Below are positions 57,434-64,000 of a stretch of DNA of 64,000 nucleotides, piece after piece. Numbering within the stretch: the first letter of the stretch is position 1; the number at the start of each line of letters is the position of its first letter. A program made the translations under genes and the position numbers. Below the pieces are notes generated by a model that made no database searches, was not told where the DNA came from, and saw only the letters and a program-made list of their open reading frames with translations. Origin of the DNA: a virus. Location: the IMG/VR virus record IMGVR_UViG_3300043570_000570, positions 52,183 through 116,182 of that record; one strand, 5' to 3'.

Positions 57434-57875
57434 TAAAGTAGTGGATACGAGTTTAAACTATACTACAAGATTTCTAAGCCCCTTGATATTTACAGCAAGG
57501 GGTGATGAGTCTTTAAGAGTATTGTTAAACTTCGGCTTAATTAATGTTTATGTAGATGACTACGGATACAAGTCTAAGTATCTATACTGTCTTTTTTACT
57601 TGTTTAAGCCTACAGACAAAGCTGCGTTTGAGGAATTCCAAAAGAAGATTACCAGCTTTGACTCTTTCTATGACTACTATGAGGTAGAAGATAAGATAAT
57701 GTTTGTCTTTAGAGTTAATTCTATCTACAGAAGAGACATTGAGATGTTTAAGCAGAATAGATTCCATGACATGTCTGAAGATTATAAACTTCTATTTCAC
57801 AGAAATATAAAATTTAATGACATAGATATGGATTTACCAAAAGAAATTTATAGATTTGAAGAGTTTTTAACATAG
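57414..57875 (+). CDS. Hypothetical protein
   Basis: Likely start MESELYN. Confidence 0.6.
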   Translation: MESELYNKVVDTSLNYTTRFLSPLIFTARGDESLRVLLNFGLINVYVDDYGYKSKYLYCLFYLFKPTDKAAFEEFQKKITSFDSFYDYYEVEDKIMFVFRVNSIYRRDIEMFKQNRFHDMSEDYKLLFHRNIKFNDIDMDLPKEIYRFEEFLT

Positions 57876-57878
57876 ACA

Positions 57879-58319
57879 ATGCATAAGATACCAATCATTT
57901 ACAGCTCAAAAGTAGGAAATAAAGCACTTCTTTACTTAGATTTAACTAAAAGAATTGCTCAAGAATCTTACTGTGAAAGACTCCAAGTAGGAGCTCTTAT
58001 TGTAAAGAATGGAAACATTATCTCCTTTGGTTATAATGGAACACCTTCAGGATTTCCTAATGTTTGTGAAGTAAACAATGTAACTCTTGAATACGTGTTA
58101 CACGCAGAATCTAATGCAATCACTAAAGCATGTAAGAGTCCCATAAGTACAGAAGACGCAACTATGTACTGTACTCATGCATGCTGTGTGCATTGCGCTA
58201 AGTTGGTAATTCAAAGTGGAATCGTTACATTTGTATACATTGAAGACTACAGAGATAGATCAGGACTAGAACTCTTGATTGCTGCAGGTCTAGATGTAGT
58301 AAAAGCAGAACTAAAATAA
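57879..58319 (+). CDS. dCMP deaminase (ComEB-like)
   Basis: VGA.IV, GYNG.P, HAE.NAI, CCVHC. Confidence 0.9.
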   Translation: MHKIPIIYSSKVGNKALLYLDLTKRIAQESYCERLQVGALIVKNGNIISFGYNGTPSGFPNVCEVNNVTLEYVLHAESNAITKACKSPISTEDATMYCTHACCVHCAKLVIQSGIVTFVYIEDYRDRSGLELLIAAGLDVVKAELK

Positions 58320-58327
58320 AAAGAAAA

Positions 58328-58609
58328 ATGAGCATAAAATTATTTGGACACAGAGTATTACTTAATCGTCCTAAGAGAGAAGAAAGACTTATCCAACTTA
58401 CACCAGAGATGGAAGAAGAAATGAACATGAAAGAACTAATAGGTTTAAAGCACTTAGAAGTTCATACTGTTGGAGAAGAAGTAACCAATGTAAAAGTAGG
58501 CGATGTAGTGTACGTAAACTTAATGTATCTTCAGTCTGCTGAACTAGTAGAAGTAGATGGTGCAGAAAGAATCATGGTAAGAGATAGCGATATTGCTTTC
58601 ACTTGGTAA
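58328..58609 (+). CDS. groES: GroES-like co-chaperonin
   Basis: L.GHRVL, V..VG..V..VKVGDVV, VR..DI. Confidence 0.8.
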   Translation: MSIKLFGHRVLLNRPKREERLIQLTPEMEEEMNMKELIGLKHLEVHTVGEEVTNVKVGDVVYVNLMYLQSAELVEVDGAERIMVRDSDIAFTW

Positions 58610-58627
58610 TCAATTAAAAATAAAAAT

Positions 58628-58954
58628 ATGTTATTCTATTATACAGAAAGAGAAAAAATCGAGAGTGGAGAAGAGATGGAACTTATCATTAAGAAAGGTT
58701 ACTCCTTCGAACTCAGTAAGGTCTTAATGACCTACCCTACAGATGATGGCTTAGCTATTGTTCTAGAAGGAAGTGCTGACAAACTTAACCCTGTAGACTA
58801 TCAATATAAAATTGATCCTGCTACTAAGCAAAAAGTTCCAGTAAAAATCACTAAATTTGAAACCACCAGTGAGCCTATAGTATTAGAGTTGAAGTCAAAA
58901 GAAGAAATTCTTGCATTCTTCAGCCTAACAGGAGGACCACAGGAGGTTAAGTAG
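58628..58954 (+). CDS. Hypothetical protein
   Basis: 108 aa, followed by a hairpin at about 59019-59045. Confidence 0.6.
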   Translation: MLFYYTEREKIESGEEMELIIKKGYSFELSKVLMTYPTDDGLAIVLEGSADKLNPVDYQYKIDPATKQKVPVKITKFETTSEPIVLELKSKEEILAFFSLTGGPQEVK

Positions 58955-59074
58955 TTTTAGTAATTTTAGTAATTTTAGTAATTTTAGTTTTAGTTTATTT
59001 AGTTTTTTAACCAACCAGGAAGGGGAATCAAAAGTTCCCCTTTCTTTATTTTTTTAATCTATTATATTTGTGCT

Positions 59075-61462
59075 ATGGCTGGAAATCCGCTTAATATAGA
59101 CGAATTAAAGCAGTATACTGTACAATTTCCAGGGGTACCACAATTACCTTCTGGATATTTCTTTGCTACTCCTGTAACAGGAAATGGTCCATTAGCCTAT
59201 CGTTTGTTTGATGCTTCTTATATTTCTTTAGGAATCATCGACCCTAATAGATTGGGAACAGGATCTACAGGAGCAGGTAATCTTTACTTAGCAGATGATG
59301 GGACTTGGAAAGCTGTTCCAGGTGGAGTAACTACTCTTGATGGATTATCAGATGTAACAATAAGTGCACCTGCTAATGCTCAAGTCTTAGCTTATAACTC
59401 TACTACTTCTCAGTGGGAGAATCAAACTCCTGCTGGTGGTGGAGGTGGAGGCGACATGAGTAAGAGCACGTATGATGTCGATAATGACGGAGTAGTAGAT
59501 AGTGCTGAGACCATCCAAATTGTAGTAAGAAATTCTACTGGCACTACTTTAACTAAAGGTACAGTAGTTTATTTAAGTGGAGCAACAGGCAACAGACCTA
59601 ACGCTGTAAGAGCACAGGCTGATACCGAAGCTACCTCTTCTAAGACAATAGGTATAGTTGTAGCAAACATCACAAATAACGCAGATGGTTATGTTGCAGT
59701 AAATGGAACTCTTCACGACTTAGACACTTCTGCATTTACGGCTGGAGATTCTGTTTGGTTGTCTGCCGCTACAGCAGGGGCATTTACAAGTACAATTCCA
59801 GCAGAACCCAATCATACAGTATTTATCGGGTATATTGCTAGAGCTCACCCTACTCAAGGTCGTTTGGTTATCTTGATTCAGAACGGCTATGAGTTGAATG
59901 AGTTACACGGAGTTCAAATTGCTTCTGAGGCCAACAACGACCTCCTTGTCTACGAGTCTTCAACTACTCTTTGGAAGAACAAAAGCATATCTACCATCTT
60001 CGGAGGTACTCCCCTCATCACAGTTCCTACCCTAGCACAAGTAACCACAGCAGGGAACACCACCACCAATGCGATTACTGTAGGTGGGCTTACGGTTGCT
60101 ACTAATCTTATCTACACAGATACGGTTAATGGGAGAGTTGGTATTGGTACAACGGGAACTGTCCCTGGGATTTTACTAACAATAAATGGAAGTGTTTCAA
60201 TTGCGGCAGGTCAAAGTTTGAAATTAGACCCTAGTGCAAACATATATATGGTTGCCGCTTCTAGTCAATTTAGAGTGTATACTGGCTCAATAGCAGCAAT
60301 ATCTATACCGAATACTGGCAACGTCCTCATAAACTCTACTACCGATGCAGGATATAAGTTAGATGTAAATGGGACTGCTAGAATACAAGGTAATACAACA
60401 ATTACAGGTTCAGCAACTAATAGTTTATTAGTAAAAGGATCAGGAACAACTTCTTCTACAAATGCTTTTGTTGTGCAAAATAGTGCTGGGTCAACATTTT
60501 TAACAATTACCGATGATGGCGTATTTAAATGGGGTGTAAATAATAATAGTTTTTGGTTAAATAGCGGTACTACATTTTTTAATGCAAATGGAACAACCTC
60601 ATATTTTCAACCAAGTAGTGCGGGATTTAGATTTTACAATGTTCAAACTGGTATTTTTGGATACAGTGGTAATACAATAGCTCAATCATATTTCAAATTA
60701 ATTGCAGATACTTTTGTATTAGGAATAAACAGCACAATTAACAATTCAGCCCAAGTTCAATTCGATTCAACAACAAAAGGTTTCCTACAACCAAGAATGA
60801 CCAATGGGCAAGTGTTAGCAATCACTACGCCTGCGACTGGTCTTCAAGCATACGACACCACAAACAACAAAAACTTAGTCTACAACGGAACTCTTTGGCA
60901 GAACATAGCAACTGAAAGTTGGGTCTCAGCACAAGGTTATACTAGTAATGTAGGAACAGTAACTTCAATAGTTGCTGGTACAGGTTTAAGCGGAGGAACT
61001 ATAACAACCACTGGAACAATAGCGTTGGCAAATACTGCTGTAACAGCAGGTGCTTATACTAACGCAAACATCACCGTAGATGCTCAAGGTAGGATTACTT
61101 TGGCAGCTAACGGAAGTAGTGGAGGTGGAGGTAGCTCAACTACCGTAGTAGTAAATGGAATGTCTACTAATACTATTTTGTATCAGTCTGCTACTAGTTT
61201 CTTTGTAGGTTTACTTAAGATAGAATACTACGCTGTTGACAATGTAACTCAAGACAAACAAGAAGCAGGTATGTATGTAGCGACTTTTAATAATGCAGCT
61301 ACTCCTCAATCTAGCATAAGTCAAGCAGGTGTAACAACAATAGGAGGGGGAGTGATTCTGAACTTTACTTCAGGATTTGTAGGAGGAACTATTCCTACTG
61401 TCTATGTAGACAATAATAATCTAAATGCTTACTCTGTAGTATTTAAAGTTACTGAACTTTAA
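59075..61462 (+). CDS. Long tail fibre / spike protein
   Basis: 795 aa G/T/S/N-rich; LDGLSDVTI, NGYELNELH.V, GRVGIGT, STTKGFL.PRMT, ITVDAQGRIT.A modules; own TATATTTG promoter box. Confidence 0.8.
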   Translation: MAGNPLNIDELKQYTVQFPGVPQLPSGYFFATPVTGNGPLAYRLFDASYISLGIIDPNRLGTGSTGAGNLYLADDGTWKAVPGGVTTLDGLSDVTISAPANAQVLAYNSTTSQWENQTPAGGGGGGDMSKSTYDVDNDGVVDSAETIQIVVRNSTGTTLTKGTVVYLSGATGNRPNAVRAQADTEATSSKTIGIVVANITNNADGYVAVNGTLHDLDTSAFTAGDSVWLSAATAGAFTSTIPAEPNHTVFIGYIARAHPTQGRLVILIQNGYELNELHGVQIASEANNDLLVYESSTTLWKNKSISTIFGGTPLITVPTLAQVTTAGNTTTNAITVGGLTVATNLIYTDTVNGRVGIGTTGTVPGILLTINGSVSIAAGQSLKLDPSANIYMVAASSQFRVYTGSIAAISIPNTGNVLINSTTDAGYKLDVNGTARIQGNTTITGSATNSLLVKGSGTTSSTNAFVVQNSAGSTFLTITDDGVFKWGVNNNSFWLNSGTTFFNANGTTSYFQPSSAGFRFYNVQTGIFGYSGNTIAQSYFKLIADTFVLGINSTINNSAQVQFDSTTKGFLQPRMTNGQVLAITTPATGLQAYDTTNNKNLVYNGTLWQNIATESWVSAQGYTSNVGTVTSIVAGTGLSGGTITTTGTIALANTAVTAGAYTNANITVDAQGRITLAANGSSGGGGSSTTVVVNGMSTNTILYQSATSFFVGLLKIEYYAVDNVTQDKQEAGMYVATFNNAATPQSSISQAGVTTIGGGVILNFTSGFVGGTIPTVYVDNNNLNAYSVVFKVTEL

Positions 61463-61474
61463 GAAGATTTAAAG

Positions 61475-61705
61475 TTAAAGTCTTAATAGTCTTGGGTATT
61501 CTAATCCATTTGCTATAACCACATCCATTCCTAGTATGCTTTCTATTGTAATGTCTTCTTCATCTTCTACACCCATTTCTTTCAGTATCTCTTCAAACTG
61601 ATCCTCTGTGATTAGTATTACGTTAGGTCTTATTCCTAGCCCATCTTTTTCTGAGTCTAAGTAAAACTTATTTTTTAATTTATCTATATCTGCTAGGGTA
61701 ATCAT
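61475..61705 (-). CDS. Hypothetical protein
   Basis: 76 aa acidic. Confidence 0.55.
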   Translation of the reverse strand: MITLADIDKLKNKFYLDSEKDGLGIRPNVILITEDQFEEILKEMGVEDEEDITIESILGMDVVIANGLEYPRLLRL

Positions 61706-61718
61706 AACTTTTTTAATT

Positions 61719-63053
61719 TTATTTAAAGCGAATATAAAACGAATATATTAAATCCGTATCTTTTTCTACTAAATCAAATGAAACTCCTGGATATCCTGGA
61801 CCAAAGTTATTCATTACCCACTTAGAAGAGCCATACATAGAGAGAACATTACGGTATCTAAACTTATAGACTTGTTGCATACTCTCTGTATGTAAGTCTC
61901 CTTTTACTATCGAAATATTTTTATTCTCTCCTAGACCATGGTGATCTATGTATTTATTAAGGAAATTTTCTGCTTTTTCTGTTAAGAAAAGGGGAAGACC
62001 ATGCTTAAGATCCTCAGAATCTTTGCCATGAGTAAAGATAAACGTGTGTTTGCCATAATCAAAATGTTCTAAAAACTTCTCCATTATCGTTACTTTGATA
62101 AAAGGATAAGCTGTATTTAAATAAAGAGTGAGTGCTTGATTTGTAATATAACCAAAGGAACCTGAGTGGTTGTCCTCTGTCTGCATAATTGCATGAATGT
62201 TATTTGCAAGATTCTTTTCTTGCAATTCATCGAAAAATCTTTTGTGAGCATAAAGGTAAGTCATAAAAGACTCCTTGTTGTTCATGTTTTGAGGTAGTTG
62301 GTGTCCTCCTCTAGTAGTTAAGCCACTCCAACCATCTAATGAATCTCCTAAATCACAAATAAAAAGATCTTCTAGTCTTCCGTAGATCTTTACTTGCTTC
62401 TCTATCTCTTCTAATACTCTCATCATTCTTACTTCGAAGATGTCTTCGTTGTATTCGTTGTTGAAAATAGAGTTAGGGTGAGTAAGCGCTCCTACATGCT
62501 TGTCACTCATATAGACAAATAAAGCCCTTTTAGAGGCCACAGGAGTCTTCTTAGGAGTAGGGCAAGGACTTATGTTAGATTCTAAGAAAACCTCTCTTAG
62601 AACGGCTTCTATGTCTTCAGGTAAACTATCCTCAGGCTTTATAGAAGCAAATAAGGCTGACACTAGCCAACCTGATTGTTTTTCTTTACTCCAATACTGT
62701 ACTAATCTCCACTTAGTAGTATCTATTTTGTGGATCTTAATAATCTCTTCAGCAGATCTAGGTTGCTCAGAGACTAGTTTAGATACTTCTAGAGTACCTT
62801 TATCTAAGTTCTCATCGTAAGTTCCTAGAGTATGGTTAGACAACACAGGAGAAGTAGCAGTTGGCTGATATAAAGAATCCTCCCTAAGTAGATGAGCCAT
62901 TGCTGTTCTTTTTAAGTCACGAACTCTTTTTCCTCTTAGAAGATTGTTTATTTCTGGCTGATAGTTGAAGCGGATAGCAACTTCAACAGCTGTCTCGGTT
63001 GTATTTGGATTGTCAATGTAGTATTGAACAATCTGTTTAGAGATTGGGATCAT
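61719..63053 (-). CDS. Calcineurin-like metallophosphoesterase
   Basis: SDKHVG, LGDSLDG, NH, THG, GDLH. Confidence 0.8.
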   Translation of the reverse strand: MIPISKQIVQYYIDNPNTTETAVEVAIRFNYQPEINNLLRGKRVRDLKRTAMAHLLREDSLYQPTATSPVLSNHTLGTYDENLDKGTLEVSKLVSEQPRSAEEIIKIHKIDTTKWRLVQYWSKEKQSGWLVSALFASIKPEDSLPEDIEAVLREVFLESNISPCPTPKKTPVASKRALFVYMSDKHVGALTHPNSIFNNEYNEDIFEVRMMRVLEEIEKQVKIYGRLEDLFICDLGDSLDGWSGLTTRGGHQLPQNMNNKESFMTYLYAHKRFFDELQEKNLANNIHAIMQTEDNHSGSFGYITNQALTLYLNTAYPFIKVTIMEKFLEHFDYGKHTFIFTHGKDSEDLKHGLPLFLTEKAENFLNKYIDHHGLGENKNISIVKGDLHTESMQQVYKFRYRNVLSMYGSSKWVMNNFGPGYPGVSFDLVEKDTDLIYSFYIRFK

Positions 63054-63063
63054 AGGCAGAGAG

Positions 63064-63423
63064 TTAAAGTATTAACCCTATGGTTAACAAAGCTATAGCA
63101 ATTAATCCACCTTTCAAAACATTTTTAAGTGTTTTAATAGTTTCTGCTTGAGATTTAACTTTAGTATCTAAGCGAACTATCTCTACTTTAGCGGTATCTA
63201 GAGCTAATCTAAAGTTAGGAATAATAGAATCTTTATATAAAGATAACTGTACACTGTCAGTCTTAACAATTTTTTTAAGACTTACTACTCTCTCACGTGC
63301 TTGAATTCCCTTAAGGAATTCGTTATTCAACTCCTTTAGCGGTAAGCTGTCTAGAGATTGTGAGTAGATACTTTGTGCCGTCAATATCAGGCATAGTGTC
63401 AATAGCGATTTGAATGGTGTCAT
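63064..63423 (-). CDS. Spanin-like exported coiled-coil protein with C-terminal TM
   Basis: Signal-like N-terminus, coiled coil, hydrophobic C-terminus; overlaps the upstream gene. Confidence 0.5.
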   Translation of the reverse strand: MTPFKSLLTLCLILTAQSIYSQSLDSLPLKELNNEFLKGIQARERVVSLKKIVKTDSVQLSLYKDSIIPNFRLALDTAKVEIVRLDTKVKSQAETIKTLKNVLKGGLIAIALLTIGLIL

Positions 63424-63640
63424 ACTTTAAGGTGATTTTTTCGTAAGTTCTATACTCTTCGTGTTTTATGTGCTCTAAGGAGTCTATCTTCTCAAAGTAA
63501 GTATCATTTGCTTTATCAATAGAATCTATAAAAGAGATTACTTGATTGGTGTCTTGTTCTTGTACGTACTCATACCTGTATAAAAGGTAGACAATAGCAA
63601 AGAAGAAGATAAAGTTAAGTTTAATCGAGAGGTTTTTCAT
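63323..63640 (-). CDS. Spanin-like (inner membrane) protein
   Basis: N-terminal TM plus coiled coil, after the holin. Confidence 0.5.
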   Translation of the reverse strand: MKNLSIKLNFIFFFAIVYLLYRYEYVQEQDTNQVISFIDSIDKANDTYFEKIDSLEHIKHEEYRTYEKITLKYDTIQIAIDTMPDIDGTKYLLTISRQLTAKGVE

Positions 63641-64000
63641 TATCGTGCTTGAATTTGTGTTGATCTATCTTTTCTAAAATTTGAGAGAGTACACTGTTGT
63701 CTATGATTCCTACTGTGTGAGCATTTTTAAGCGCACTTATCAGCTGAAAAACAATAAAGGGAGCACATAAAGTTTCGCTTAGCCAAAAAGTTCCATCAAA
63801 CCCCTTCTCAATCATCAAGACACCCGTAAGTATAATTACCCAAGCAAACAAAGTCTGAAGTACCTTAAGTGCTTTTCTAGTTTGAAAACCAATCTTTTTA
63901 GTTCCTGCCCATACCCCAAAAAATCCATCTATAAACACAACAGCAACTACAGCTAAGTACTGTTCAGCATTATCTGCTCCTAGATTAAGGAAGTAAGCTC
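63621..64000 (-). CDS. Phage holin family protein (5' end outside window)
   Basis: Frame open to the window edge (...QYLAVVAVVFIDGFFGV); several TMs; D.FFG and IS.LKN..G motifs. Confidence 0.7.
   Translation of the reverse strand, partial: AYFLNLGADNAEQYLAVVAVVFIDGFFGVWAGTKKIGFQTRKALKVLQTLFAWVIILTGVLMIEKGFDGTFWLSETLCAPFIVFQLISALKNAHTVGIIDNSVLSQILEKIDQHKFKHDNEKPLD

Noticed and set aside
2040-62820. Many short antisense ORFs in the track (e.g. 2040, 2242, 7989, 13772, 15766, 16416, 37149, 62572)
   Set aside because: Shadows of well-supported genes on the opposite strand, with no motifs or leaders
1-64000. Prophage or bacterial chromosome origin for the kinase and T9SS genes
   Set aside because: No integrase, att site or housekeeping synteny; these genes are embedded among phage late genes with the same promoter motif

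Overview
A 64 kb segment of a crAss-like (Crassvirales-type) lytic phage genome, standard genetic code. The host is very probably Bacteroidota, based on TTGAC-N17-TAnnTTTG promoters, A-rich SD-less start sites, signal peptides cleaving before Gln and a T9SS sorting domain. The left 26 kb (minus strand) holds the late genes: ring protein, MCP, scaffold-like protein, portal, TerL, an 8-gene cassette of exported/outer-membrane proteins, GIY-YIG HEG, lysin/holin, tail fibre, a secreted nuclease and a histidine kinase/receiver pair. From ~26.5 kb (plus strand) come an early region of mini-genes with pistol and twister ribozymes, other hairpin-rich elements and tRNA-Glu, then replication/nucleotide genes (SF2 and DnaB helicases, AAA ATPase, SSB-like, primase, UDG, PolA, exonuclease, dCMP deaminase, GroES) and a second tail fibre. 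A minus-strand holin/spanin-like/phosphoesterase block ends the window. Best novelty candidates: (1) a phage-encoded cohesin/dockerin scaffold with a T9SS tail, plus a dockerin-bearing C-type lectin, a CsgG-like lipoprotein and a beta-barrel-like protein, possibly a host-surface complex; (2) a ribozyme-punctuated early transcript, with a pistol cut 1 nt before a start codon; (3) a phage two-component operon. All calls come from reading motifs by eye; no database searches were run.
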